DNA from: Thermodesulfobacteriota bacterium
Lineage (GTDB): Bacteria; Desulfobacterota_D; UBA1144; Nemesobacterales; UBA2774
Assembly (NCBI GenBank): GCA_965216785.1
Contig: OZ244197.1
Coordinates: 1,600,001 to 1,664,000 of the forward strand
Direction of reading: 5' to 3'
Length of the DNA stretch: 64,000 nt
Shown one piece after another: positions 47,631 through 57,784 of this stretch. Below the pieces are notes generated by a model. It was not told where the DNA came from, ran no database searches, and was given only the letters and a program-made list of their open reading frames with translations. The translations under genes and the position numbers were made by a program. The stretch's first letter is position 1. Each line of letters begins with the position of its first letter.

Positions 47631-47670
47631 TTAACGGGCTAAAGTTATAGTACTATATTGTAATCTTTTT

Positions 47671-48459
47671 TTATAGAGAACCTACCAAATAAGTCGCGCC
47701 CGTCGGCTCCGGCATTCCGCCTTCAGGCTCGAGTGTAACTGCAAATTCGATCCTGCCTTTTTCTTCGGGCATGCAATTAATCTCCATCATGTGCTCTCCG
47801 TTTTGGTTAACTGTGAATGTTCCCATACTATGAGGTTCTCCGTCTTCCACTACCCAGAACTGATAGGTTTGGCCCGGAACAAGTTCGGGTACATTTGACA
47901 CCATTAAAATTGCGTTGCTCGTGCCGGTATCCCAGAATATCCTGCCCGTGGATTCCAGTTCCGACATCGTTCCAGCAAGGTTGATTACGCTTACCGCCGG
48001 GTTTTTTACGTAATCCATTATTTGCTCTTCTTTCTCAAGGGAGGAAATGAGAGATTCCATATTCTTCTCCTGAGTAGACAGTCTCTGCTGAAGAGTCAGG
48101 GTAGAGATGAATAGGAAAATTATCGCGGCCACCGCGACAGCGCTTCCGATATTGAGCCAAACGGGGCTGAGTCCCTTCCAGAAATCGTGTAAGAACGATT
48201 TGCCTTCTGTGCCGTGTCTCTCTTCAATATCATCCAGCTTGTCCAGGATACGGTCTTCAAGCTCGGGCGAGAGGGGGCTGTCCTTTAGAACGTAGGGGAG
48301 GTTAGTAAATACAGTTTCACTGTCCTCTAAAAGGGCGGTACAAATCTCACACCCTGTTGCCAGGTGCTCTTCAATCTTTCTGAGCTCGTATCCTGTGAGA
48401 AGACCGAGAGCAAAAAGCGCTATCTGATCCTCATATTCTGTCTTATGGTTCTGGTCCAT
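47671..48459 (-). CDS. RskA-type anti-sigma factor
   Basis: HLATGCEIC zinc motif, TM helix, YQFW, FAVTLEPEGG..PTG. Confidence 0.9.
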   Translation of the reverse strand: MDQNHKTEYEDQIALFALGLLTGYELRKIEEHLATGCEICTALLEDSETVFTNLPYVLKDSPLSPELEDRILDKLDDIEERHGTEGKSFLHDFWKGLSPVWLNIGSAVAVAAIIFLFISTLTLQQRLSTQEKNMESLISSLEKEEQIMDYVKNPAVSVINLAGTMSELESTGRIFWDTGTSNAILMVSNVPELVPGQTYQFWVVEDGEPHSMGTFTVNQNGEHMMEINCMPEEKGRIEFAVTLEPEGGMPEPTGATYLVGSL

Positions 48460-49134
48460 CTATTTAAGCTCCTTTACATAAGGCGCCATTTTTTCCTTGA
48501 GCTTAATAACTCCGAGCCTAAGGCGCGTTTTAATAGTGCCTACAGGCTCTTGAAGCCGCTCTGCCGCTTCCACATGTGTGAAACCTTCAAAATACACAAG
48601 CTCTATTACCGCCCTTTGGTTCTCGGGCAGTGCACTCAGAGCCTGAAATATAACGTTATTTTTCTCCTCTCTATCCTCTAATATACGAGAGAAATCGGTG
48701 TTTGAGTTCAATTTTTCTTCGTCAAGCTCTGTATTTTTGTCACGGTAGCCCAGGGTTCTGAGCTTGTCTATGGATCTTGAGCGCGCGATATTGATAATCC
48801 AGGTGGACACTGCGCCGCGCCCGCGCTCGTAGGTCCCTGCTTTATTCCAGACCTGAAGAAAAATTTCCTGCACTACTTCTTCTGCGTCTTCACGGTCTCT
48901 GAGCATCCTGAATGCCAGGTTATATACGGCCTGAGAAAAACGGGAGTAAATTTCTCTTAACGCCTCTTTATCTCCCTCTTTTATAAGGTCAATTAACTCT
49001 TGGTCAGTTCCGGCTCGAAGTTTTTCTTGCATTTCTTCCTGCATACTAACTTGCAGATCAATAGCGTTTGGAATATTTGAATCCTGGCCATTTACAAGTA
49101 CCGCATTTATTTGGGCCGTGTCTATTTGAACCAT
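48460..49134 (-). CDS. ECF sigma-70 factor (SigK-like)
   Basis: AEEVVQE.F..W, IARSRSID.LR, THVE.AERL..P.GTIKTRLR. Confidence 0.92.
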   Translation of the reverse strand: MVQIDTAQINAVLVNGQDSNIPNAIDLQVSMQEEMQEKLRAGTDQELIDLIKEGDKEALREIYSRFSQAVYNLAFRMLRDREDAEEVVQEIFLQVWNKAGTYERGRGAVSTWIINIARSRSIDKLRTLGYRDKNTELDEEKLNSNTDFSRILEDREEKNNVIFQALSALPENQRAVIELVYFEGFTHVEAAERLQEPVGTIKTRLRLGVIKLKEKMAPYVKELK

Positions 49135-49320
49135 TGTAGTTAAACCAATATGTTTGTCAATTGCTACTTTTTATTGCCTATTAGTACACAAACGCTAAGT
49201 GGCCGGAAGCATATGTCTGCTAGGTTGAAGTATCAAGATTGCTCGGGACAGGAGTGTATATAGCGGCGGCTCCTGTGATTATAAGCCCGTGACTGTTAAG
49301 AAAACGTTTGAAACAGCAAA

Positions 49321-50040
49321 CTAGATATTCTCCGGGAAATAGCGGACGAGCTTCTTTCTTAATACTAGTCTTGACCTCAGGAGTCTCGATTTGACAGCGG
49401 ATATAGATATCCCCATTATTTCACCTACCTCGGCGTTAGAATACCCCTCAATATCTTTTAATCTTATAATCTCCCTGTTATGCTCCGAGAGCTCGTTTAC
49501 AGCATTTTGAATTAGCTCGGCTCTTTCTCTATAAAGTGATATAGTGGCCGGGCTCTTGGTCCATTTGCCGAATGAAGCCTGTGAGGCAGGGGCGAGCTCA
49601 TACAAATAATCACTGGTTACTTCATGCTGGGTGGTCTTGTTTTTCTTGTTGAGCACCATGTAGCAAGTGTTTAAGGTTACTTTATAGAGCCAGGTCGAGA
49701 ATTTGGAATTGCCTTTAAACGTGCTTAGTTTGTTCACCAATGTGAATGAGATTTCCTGAACTATATCTTCAGCGTCTGAGTGGTTTCTGGTCATTTTCAT
49801 CGCAAAGCCGAATATCGTATCTCTGTATCTCCGTATGATACTGGTCAAAGCGGTCTCGTCCCTCTTATGATTATAGAGCTCTACCAGCACCTCGTCGGAG
49901 ACGGTTTCGTAGTTTAGGGGAATCAAGTCTCCCCTCTTTTGTGAAGGTTCTGCCTGTGTTCTGCCCGGAGTTTCAGATGCATTCGAGCTTGGTTGGTATA
50001 AATCTCCGGTATGTATAACAGTTACGCCTGAATGTCGCAT
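49321..50040 (-). CDS. ECF sigma-70 factor with N-terminal extension
   Basis: DAEDIVQE, SKFSTWLYKV, SNAEVGEIMGISISAVKSRL. Confidence 0.9.
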   Translation of the reverse strand: MRHSGVTVIHTGDLYQPSSNASETPGRTQAEPSQKRGDLIPLNYETVSDEVLVELYNHKRDETALTSIIRRYRDTIFGFAMKMTRNHSDAEDIVQEISFTLVNKLSTFKGNSKFSTWLYKVTLNTCYMVLNKKNKTTQHEVTSDYLYELAPASQASFGKWTKSPATISLYRERAELIQNAVNELSEHNREIIRLKDIEGYSNAEVGEIMGISISAVKSRLLRSRLVLRKKLVRYFPENI

Positions 50041-50114
50041 AGTATAATCTCCTTATTCACTTAGCTTGTATTCAGGCTGCGCGGCGCCATGCAGCTTATT
50101 GTCGTTACTTACAC

Positions 50115-50142
50115 ATACGGGTGATTGGGGAAGTCGGTTTCA
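50115..50142 (-). promoter_or_regulatory. ECF sigma promoter candidate
   Basis: TGAAACC-16 nt-CGTAT upstream of the sigma gene at 50040. Confidence 0.55.
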
Positions 50143-50163
50143 TGAAAAATAAAAGAGGGTTAT

Positions 50164-50793
50164 CTAAGCGAGTCCCGGAAGGAGGAGCTTGAGCCCGCTC
50201 GTTATCATACCAAAGGCGATCGAGGCGAGAACGATCCCCATTATTCTCGTGACGATATTTATACCCGATACCCCGAGCACACGGCTTACGGGTCCTGAGA
50301 AGTAAAAAGCGATCCAGAGCAGTAGGGCTATCACGACGCAAATGCCTGAGATCACCAGCTTGTCGTCGATCGAGTGGTAATGGTGGGTGTTTACGACTAT
50401 GGTGGTTATTGCTCCCGGTCCGGCTACGATCGGGATTGCTATGGGTACTACGGCCACGGAAGTCTTGTTCATCGCGTCATTCTGGTCGTCTTGTGAGTGG
50501 TGTATGGGGCTAGGCTTTGCATGGAGCATCGAGATGCCCATGAGCGCAATGATAACCCCGCCTGCGGTCTCAAAAGAGCCTATGTCTATGCCGAACGCAC
50601 GGAGAAGTAGGTCTCCCGTCCATGTCACGATGATAAGGATAATAATGATCGCAAGCCCGGCAGTAAAAGCGGTCTTCTTTTTTTCCTGGGGAGTTTTATC
50701 CCCGGTAAGGCTCGCAAAAATAGCAAGGTTGCCGATCGGGTTAGTGATCGCAAGCATGGCTATGGTGAACGTTATGAGCTGTGCCGTACTCAT
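50164..50793 (-). CDS. MarC family membrane protein
   Basis: NPIGN, VPIAIPIVAGPGAI, TRIMG. Confidence 0.93.
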   Translation of the reverse strand: MSTAQLITFTIAMLAITNPIGNLAIFASLTGDKTPQEKKKTAFTAGLAIIIILIIVTWTGDLLLRAFGIDIGSFETAGGVIIALMGISMLHAKPSPIHHSQDDQNDAMNKTSVAVVPIAIPIVAGPGAITTIVVNTHHYHSIDDKLVISGICVVIALLLWIAFYFSGPVSRVLGVSGINIVTRIMGIVLASIAFGMITSGLKLLLPGLA

Positions 50794-50932
50794 TTCAGAA
50801 ACTCATTATTACCGCTTTAGATATAAAGTCAATCCGGGTGGGATAAAGCCAGATGCCCGATAAAATAATTTTCTTGCCTATGGGTATTTCAAGGATATAT
50901 TATCTAAATACCTAAAACCACAGGAGGCGCGC

Positions 50933-52510
50933 ATGACACGCTCATTTGGACTATTACTTATCATTCCCCTATTATTATCATTTTTAATAATTGGCTGTGA
51001 AAAAATAGATAAAGACTCTGTCAAGGACAAAACTTCTACACAAAGCTCTAAAGTAGAGCATAAACAAGACTCCGATACCGCTACCAGCACAAAGGATGAT
51101 TCGCAGACTAAGAAAGAAACGCCGAGCGTGAAAACTACCCCTGCGACCGGCAAAACTGAATTTCCTTCCTTTGCGGACCTTGTTGCCAGTCTTAAGCCCT
51201 CGGTCGTAAACATTAGCACTACAAACGTATTTAAGCAAAGAGGGTTCGGACAGAATATGCCCCGCTCTCCATTTGGGCAAAACGATCCGATGGAGGAGTT
51301 CTTTAAGAGGTTCTTCGGCGGCAATCAGCCGCAGCGCGAGTTCAAGCGCCAGGGGCTTGGCTCTGGTTTTATCATCAGTAAAGACGGCTACGTAGTCACA
51401 AACAATCACGTTATAGAAAAAGCGACGGACATAGACGTAGTGCTTGAGAACGGAGATAAGTTCAAAGCTGAGGTTATCGGTAAAGACCCGAAAACAGATC
51501 TTGCCGTGCTTAAATTTGAACCCGAGCAGGAGCTTCAGGCTGTGGAATTAGGGAATTCAGATAACCTGCGGATCGGAGATTGGGTAATAGCTATGGGGAA
51601 CCCCTTCGGACTCGGTTACACAGTGACGGCCGGAATTGTAAGCGCCAAGGGACGCTCACTTGGTTTTGGTGTTTATGACGATTTTATTCAAACAGACGCC
51701 CCGCTTAACCCGGGGAACAGCGGAGGGCCTTTATTTAACATGAAGGGCCAGGTTGTGGGAGTGAATACGGCTATCGTCGCAAGGGGACAGGGAATCGGGT
51801 TCTCAATCCCCATAAACATGGCCGAGTTTGTTATAAAACAGCTTAAGGAAGGCGGCAAGGTCGTAAGGGGGTGGCTCGGGGTGTATGTGCAGAAGGTAAC
51901 CCCAGAGATAGCCTCGAGCTTTGATTTGGAAGAGGATGAAGGCGCCCTTGTAAGCGATGTCGAGCCGGGTAGCCCGGCAGACAAAGCGGGGATAAAGCGC
52001 GGGGACGTAATAATAGAGTTTGACGGTAAAAAAGTTGAGGACATAACTGATCTTACAACCTCGACCGCGGTAAGCCCTCCGGGCTCTGAGGCCAAACTCA
52101 CGATTATTGAAGACGGAAAAACTAAAGAAGTGACTGTCAAACTGGGTGAAGTGCCTTCTGATGATGCGGCAAGTGAAGAGGCTGACCAGGAGCAGGAGAA
52201 CCTGGGGCTCAGCGTGAGGAACCTTAATCAAAAACTGGCAAAACGTTTTAAAATAGAGGACGGTAACGGTGTTGTGGTAACCAGGGTTCAAGACGGCGGC
52301 ATAGCCTCAGAAGCCGGTATTAGACCCGGAGACGTGATTATCGAGATTGATAAAAAACAGACTACAAATATAGAGGAGTATAATGCGGCTATAGAGGGTA
52401 TGAAAAGCGGCGGTACCGCTTTGTTCCTGGTGAAAAGGGGTGATAATACTATCTATGTAGCCGTTAGGATCCCTGAGGATGGTAAGAAGGGAGGAGACGG
52501 AAAAGGCTAG
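50933..52510 (+). CDS. DegP/DegQ (Do family) serine endoprotease with two PDZ domains
   Basis: TNNHV, DLAVL, GNSGGPL. Confidence 0.95.
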   Translation: MTRSFGLLLIIPLLLSFLIIGCEKIDKDSVKDKTSTQSSKVEHKQDSDTATSTKDDSQTKKETPSVKTTPATGKTEFPSFADLVASLKPSVVNISTTNVFKQRGFGQNMPRSPFGQNDPMEEFFKRFFGGNQPQREFKRQGLGSGFIISKDGYVVTNNHVIEKATDIDVVLENGDKFKAEVIGKDPKTDLAVLKFEPEQELQAVELGNSDNLRIGDWVIAMGNPFGLGYTVTAGIVSAKGRSLGFGVYDDFIQTDAPLNPGNSGGPLFNMKGQVVGVNTAIVARGQGIGFSIPINMAEFVIKQLKEGGKVVRGWLGVYVQKVTPEIASSFDLEEDEGALVSDVEPGSPADKAGIKRGDVIIEFDGKKVEDITDLTTSTAVSPPGSEAKLTIIEDGKTKEVTVKLGEVPSDDAASEEADQEQENLGLSVRNLNQKLAKRFKIEDGNGVVVTRVQDGGIASEAGIRPGDVIIEIDKKQTTNIEEYNAAIEGMKSGGTALFLVKRGDNTIYVAVRIPEDGKKGGDGKG

Positions 52511-52746
52511 GGAGCTCTGTCTTAGATTAACCCAACTTGGGTCCATGGTATATTAGATTCTGATCTATTTGCATATCTTTAATACTATGGGTTCACCTTT
52601 TTATTGACAACGGAACGCATTTCATGTGAGAATGATAATGCGTGTAGTTCTGAATGGGCTTATAAGTGCAAGAGAATTGAAAAAACGCCCATGAAAACTC
52701 GGGTTACGTGTTTTTTTATGAAACGAAGCGGGAGGATTGAGCATAA

Positions 52747-54057
52747 ATGCCTGAAACTACTTCTAAACACATTCTAATTCTAGGCGGTGGATTTGCCGGC
52801 CTACAAGTAGCGCAGACTCTCGAGAAGATTTACTCAAAAAGAGACGATATAGATATTACGCTCATTAGTGAGAAGAACTATCTTGTATATACCTCTATGC
52901 TCGCGGAAGTGGTTTCGAGCAGTATTGAAGCTAAACATGTTGTTATCCCGCTAAGGGAGAGTGTTAAAAAAACAACTTTTAAAGAGCTTGAAGTAAAGAA
53001 GATAGACCACGATAAAAAAGCCGTAACGTGCATTCATCCGCAGACCCATGAAACACACGTCATCACATATGATTACATCGTAATAGCAATGGGGTCGATT
53101 ACAGGCTTTCATAATGTTAAGGGAGCCGAAGAGTTCTCGTATCCACTTAAGAACCTGGTAGACGCCATGGTGCTGAGGAGTCATGTGATAGATATGTTCG
53201 AGCTCGCCGATATAGAGGAGAACCACGCGCTGCGCAGCAGTCTCCTGACATTCGCGGTCGTAGGCGGTGGGTATACCGGTATTGAAGTCGCCGCGGAGCT
53301 GAATGATTTTGTTGGTTCGAGCAGACGCTTTTACAAGAACGTAAAGTCGGACGAGGTGAAGGTAGTAGTGATAGACCCCGGTGACAGGATTATGCACGAG
53401 ATGAGCGAGGGACTCGCCGAATACGGTATGAACCTACTTAAAAAAAGGGGGATGGAGTTTCGCCTTAACACAAGAGTCGAGAGCGTGGGTGTTGACCGGG
53501 TAGTTACGGGGGACGGGGATACGATTAAGACTCATACGGCTATATGGGCAGCCGGGACAGCTCCTCAACCCGTCGTAGCGGCGCTCCCGTTTGCGGATAA
53601 GAAAGGAAGAATAGAGGTGAACGAGTTTACCGAGGTTCCCGGGTATGAAGGTGTATGGGCCCTTGGAGACTGCGCGGTCGTACCCAACCCGCATACAGGT
53701 AAGCCGTATCCACCTACCGCTCAGCACGCCATAAGAGAAGCGGCCCGAACAGCTCATAATGTAGCTGCATATATTGACGGAAAAGAATCTGAGAAAAGGG
53801 CATTTATCTACGTTACTCAGGGAATGCTGGCCCCCCTGGGGCACCGTTCGGCTGTAGCCGAGATCAAGGGATTTAGGTTCTCGGGGTTTTTCGCGTGGTT
53901 TATGTGGAGAGCCATATATCTTGGTAAGCTCCCCGGGTGGGACAGAAAGATACGTGTCGCTCTTGACTGGTTCTTAGATATATTCCTGCCTAAGGATATA
54001 GTGCAGCTAAGGTTCCTGATGAAACCCAGTCAGTCTCCTCCTGAAGACGAGGGTTGA
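52747..54057 (+). CDS. ndh: Type II NADH dehydrogenase
   Basis: GGGFAG, GGGYTGIEVAAE, ALGD, PPTAQHA. Confidence 0.88.
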   Translation: MPETTSKHILILGGGFAGLQVAQTLEKIYSKRDDIDITLISEKNYLVYTSMLAEVVSSSIEAKHVVIPLRESVKKTTFKELEVKKIDHDKKAVTCIHPQTHETHVITYDYIVIAMGSITGFHNVKGAEEFSYPLKNLVDAMVLRSHVIDMFELADIEENHALRSSLLTFAVVGGGYTGIEVAAELNDFVGSSRRFYKNVKSDEVKVVVIDPGDRIMHEMSEGLAEYGMNLLKKRGMEFRLNTRVESVGVDRVVTGDGDTIKTHTAIWAAGTAPQPVVAALPFADKKGRIEVNEFTEVPGYEGVWALGDCAVVPNPHTGKPYPPTAQHAIREAARTAHNVAAYIDGKESEKRAFIYVTQGMLAPLGHRSAVAEIKGFRFSGFFAWFMWRAIYLGKLPGWDRKIRVALDWFLDIFLPKDIVQLRFLMKPSQSPPEDEG

Positions 54058-55460
54058 GGGTTTATATGCTTTCTGGTTTTAAGGAACATTACCAAATCGC
54101 TTAGCTCTTGATTTGTGAGAGTACCGCCAAAGCCCGGCATATTGAGCCCGCCGTTCATTATTCGCCAAGTAAGCTCATCAGCCGATAACCTGTCTCCGAT
54201 GTAAGTAAGGTCCGGTCCCCTTAACCCGCCGTGTCCGGATATTGTGTGACAATACAAACACCCCTTGTCGTTAAAGTGCTCCCCGCCTCTGTATATGGGG
54301 CCTGAGTCCGCGCCTATGATCTCAACCGTAAGCGGCTCTGCATGGAAATGCGGAGACCAAGGTGAGCTGATTCCGATTGCCCAGAGTCCTGAAATTGATC
54401 CGATTGTGAGCGCTACCATGGCAATGGCCCACGGACGACGGAGAGGACTTCTCTCTCCGCGGTTCGAAATAAATGGCAGCGCGAATAGTAAGAGTCCTAC
54501 AAGGAGCGGCCCGAACACCATTAGAACCGTTTCCATTGCCGGGGGCATCAGCGCAAGAAATGCGAAGTAGAATATAAAATACCAGTCCGGCACGGGAAGC
54601 GCGTCTATATTGGAAGGATTGGGCGGAGGCCCCAGATCGGGAGGCCCGATAATTATCGCTATAAGGAGTATCGTAGTAATAACGATAAAGCCGAACACCA
54701 TGTCCCGCCATGCCGCCACGGGCCAAAACGGCACTCCGTCGCGTTTTACGCTCGCCTCATACTTTTCTCTATAGGTTTTTGGATCAACCGGCTCACCAGC
54801 TTTCGGGAATTCTGAAATGCCGTTTTTGATTACAAGATACAGGTGGAATACTAAAAACATTATAAGTAGTCCAGGGACAATGAACACATGATACGCGAAC
54901 ATTCGGCTAAGAGTTGCTCCACCGATGGTCTCTCCACCAATTAAGAAGTCAGCTACCCATGTGCCGATAAAAGGTATTCTGCCTGCCTGCTCGGCTGCTA
55001 CGATAGTAGACCACACGGCGGTCTGGTCCCACCTTACGACCTGGCCTGAAAATGCCATAATAATAGTAAGCGCGAGCAGCACAACTCCTGAAATCCAGTG
55101 CATCTCACGGGGGAATTTATAAGACGCCGTCAAATACACACGGATCATGTGAAGACCCACGAGGAGTATCATTGCCGAAGCTCCCCAGTTGTGAAGCCCC
55201 CTCACGATCCTCCCGAAAGTGGTCTGATTGGTGATGAACTCGAGGCTCTGGTAAGCCTCTCCCGCTGCTGGTACGTACATGAAAGCAAGCGTGATGCCTG
55301 TTGCGACCTGGAGCAGGAACGCGAACATGGTAGCGCTGCCGAATACATAGAACCAGGAAGCCGAGTTCTTGGGTACGGCGTGAGTCATGATAGGCCATAA
55401 CGCGCCCACCAGACCCGTGCGGTCTTCAAACCAGTTCCATGCGTTAGTGAAAAACTTCAT
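54030..55460 (-). CDS. Cytochrome b (b6 + subunit IV) fused to a C-terminal cytochrome c
   Basis: RGLHNWG, H..RV, PDWY Qo motif, CLYCH. Confidence 0.92.
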   Translation of the reverse strand: MKFFTNAWNWFEDRTGLVGALWPIMTHAVPKNSASWFYVFGSATMFAFLLQVATGITLAFMYVPAAGEAYQSLEFITNQTTFGRIVRGLHNWGASAMILLVGLHMIRVYLTASYKFPREMHWISGVVLLALTIIMAFSGQVVRWDQTAVWSTIVAAEQAGRIPFIGTWVADFLIGGETIGGATLSRMFAYHVFIVPGLLIMFLVFHLYLVIKNGISEFPKAGEPVDPKTYREKYEASVKRDGVPFWPVAAWRDMVFGFIVITTILLIAIIIGPPDLGPPPNPSNIDALPVPDWYFIFYFAFLALMPPAMETVLMVFGPLLVGLLLFALPFISNRGERSPLRRPWAIAMVALTIGSISGLWAIGISSPWSPHFHAEPLTVEIIGADSGPIYRGGEHFNDKGCLYCHTISGHGGLRGPDLTYIGDRLSADELTWRIMNGGLNMPGFGGTLTNQELSDLVMFLKTRKHINPQPSSSGGD

Positions 55461-55514
55461 TCAGTGCGCTCCGTATTCATCATAATTGAGACGTTCTCAT
55501 ACATTTATATTTCG

Positions 55515-56024
55515 CTAAACTGTTGTAATCGGTATAGGGCTTGTTTTTATCTCCACCTGCCCGTCTTTTACCCTTGCAGGATAGCTGTAAAGACCCCTTG
55601 GAGGCGGTCCCGCAGCGACAGAGCCGTCTGAGTAATAAACTCCGCCGTGACAGGGGCACATGAAGAGCTTTGCCCCTGAGACCCATCTTACCGGACATCC
55701 GAGATGGGCGCAGTTTACTGAGAATACCGTAAGCTCGTCATTTGCACTGCGCCTGACCCACGCGGCTGTCTCCGCCGTAATCCCAGACCAGGGAAGGGGA
55801 GAGGCGTCAATAAAATTCACCTTCACATACTCATCGAGCGTAAAGCTCCTAAGCTCGCCCACAGGTCTCCATATGGGCTTTGGCTTTTTAACTATCGGAG
55901 CGAGTATCGAGCCCACGATAGGAATTCCCACCATAAGGGCAGCCAGGCTCCCGAGTGTAATGCTTATGTGAGTGAAGAACTGTCTTCTCGAGCACTCTTC
56001 ACTCGTTTTGGTCTTTTCGCTCAT
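55515..56024 (-). CDS. Rieske iron-sulfur protein of a bc-type complex
   Basis: SRRQFF Tat motif; CAHLGC and CPCHGG. Confidence 0.94.
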   Translation of the reverse strand: MSEKTKTSEECSRRQFFTHISITLGSLAALMVGIPIVGSILAPIVKKPKPIWRPVGELRSFTLDEYVKVNFIDASPLPWSGITAETAAWVRRSANDELTVFSVNCAHLGCPVRWVSGAKLFMCPCHGGVYYSDGSVAAGPPPRGLYSYPARVKDGQVEIKTSPIPITTV

Positions 56025-56319
56025 GTCTCAGGTCTCCTATCCATCCGACTAAGGACACAGTAAAAATTGATAATCCTACTAAAAATAATATGATGATCGT
56101 GCTTACTACTTCATTGAACCCCACAGCCAGCGACCAGAGCATAAATGTTACGCCAAGGGCCATTATCGCAGGCCAGTATCCGGGTGTAGGCAGACGCTCG
56201 GGCAGAGGTTTGTGCCAGCCCTTAGGTATCTGGTCCCCTGAAGTTGTATTTTCCTGGCCCGCAGGCGCTGTGCTCCCAGGCGCGCTGCCCGGGGCGCTGA
56301 ATTCCGATCCGTTACTCAA
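55999..56319 (-). CDS. Small two-TM oxidase-associated subunit
   Basis: LPTPGYWP plus two TM helices, inside the cta-Rieske operon. Confidence 0.65.
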   Translation of the reverse strand: MSNGSEFSAPGSAPGSTAPAGQENTTSGDQIPKGWHKPLPERLPTPGYWPAIMALGVTFMLWSLAVGFNEVVSTIIILFLVGLSIFTVSLVGWIGDLRHERKDQNE

Positions 56320-56360
56320 TTTACACCTTCTCCTTCATTTTTATTGATCCAATATTCAAA

Positions 56361-57176
56361 TTAAGCAGCCTCCTGCCCAGCGGCGCTAACACTTTCTTCC
56401 GGCGCTGCGTACCACTGAGCGAGTGTGATCATGCTCGCGCTAAGATATATGAGACACCCCGGCACCCACATCGTAAGACCGCCGATCTGCTGGTCAACGC
56501 CAGGAGTGATACAGAGATCATTTCTGATCAAAGCGAGCAGTCCCGCGCTATCCACGGGGTTTACGTATGCCGTATAAAGTCCTGCGCCTGCAAAAGTGAT
56601 GAGCATTCCGAGTATCGTGCACCCAAGGCACGCGGACGCCAGATAAAGCGTGCCGGTAAGGGGGTTCAGCCTCTTACTCTCAATAGGCGTGAACACGGGC
56701 CACCAGAATACCATCCCTATTACTACAAAACTGACTAACTGTGTTATGTATAGCGAGCTGTTGTTAAGAGCCATATCATGAATTGAGGGCATATGCCATA
56801 CCCACATGGCGCCTACACCCAGAAACCATGCCACCGGGGGATAGCTGAGCACTCTCATTATTTCCCCGATAGGCTCAATATTAAGAAGCTTTTGTGCAGT
56901 TCTTTTCGGGATACCGAATAGCAGTAGCAGCGGAACTATGAGGAGAAGCAGTATGTGCTGAATCATATGGGCGCTGAATAAATAGTGCCTGCCGAGGTAA
57001 TCGAGCGGACTAACGAGCGCAAAAAGCATTACCGCAACACCCGTCATATACAGTACGGAATGTCTGTTCACACCCGTGCCGACGCCCAGTAAATATGCCC
57101 CTACAAGTAAGGAGGCAAATACGAGGACCCAAGGCTCAAACGACCATCCTATACTAAAAAGCTGTAATATTTCCAT
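56361..57176 (-). CDS. ctaG: caa3-type cytochrome c oxidase assembly factor
   Basis: FSAHMIQH, WVWH.P, DQQIGGLTMWVPG. Confidence 0.9.
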   Translation of the reverse strand: MEILQLFSIGWSFEPWVLVFASLLVGAYLLGVGTGVNRHSVLYMTGVAVMLFALVSPLDYLGRHYLFSAHMIQHILLLLIVPLLLLFGIPKRTAQKLLNIEPIGEIMRVLSYPPVAWFLGVGAMWVWHMPSIHDMALNNSSLYITQLVSFVVIGMVFWWPVFTPIESKRLNPLTGTLYLASACLGCTILGMLITFAGAGLYTAYVNPVDSAGLLALIRNDLCITPGVDQQIGGLTMWVPGCLIYLSASMITLAQWYAAPEESVSAAGQEAA

Positions 57177-57218
57177 GCCCGTTTCTCCAGATAAATTTTA
57201 TCGTTACACACTTTCTCG

Positions 57219-57773
57219 TCATAAAAAGAACGCCCACACGTAAATCACCGAGTAAACGACAATCCATACGCCGTCTACGAAGTGCCAGTAAATCGAAACG
57301 ACCTCCACTCCGTCAGAGCGCGGCCCCTTGAAATCGCCGAATAGCGCGAGCCCTAGTAAAATTGAAAGCATTATAAGCCCCACACACACGTGGAATCCGT
57401 GAAAACCTGTTAGTGTAAAAAACGTCGTTCCGAAAACGTTTCTGCTTATTGTTATATTCTGCTCTATCAGCCCCGCCCATTCGCGTCCTTGTCCGTATAT
57501 AAATATGGCCCCTAAAACTATGGTGACGAAAAGCCAAAACTTGAGCATCGTATGGTTCTTGGCCCTAAGTGACTTTCCGGCAAGCCAGACAGTAAAACTG
57601 CTGGTAAACAAAAACAGGCTGAATATACCCGTAACATAAGGATTTAAACTGCTTTCGGCCGTAGGTCCGTCCACTACCGTGCCTTTGAAATTTACGTAAG
57701 CCAATATGAGCATGATGAAGAAGATCGACTCAGAGGCCACGAAAAATTTTATGAGCATTTTGTTATCAGCCAT
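57219..57773 (-). CDS. ctaE: Cytochrome c oxidase subunit III
   Basis: TGFHGFHV, YWHFVD. Confidence 0.93.
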   Translation of the reverse strand: MADNKMLIKFFVASESIFFIMLILAYVNFKGTVVDGPTAESSLNPYVTGIFSLFLFTSSFTVWLAGKSLRAKNHTMLKFWLFVTIVLGAIFIYGQGREWAGLIEQNITISRNVFGTTFFTLTGFHGFHVCVGLIMLSILLGLALFGDFKGPRSDGVEVVSIYWHFVDGVWIVVYSVIYVWAFFL

Positions 57774-57784
57774 TAAATCGTCTC

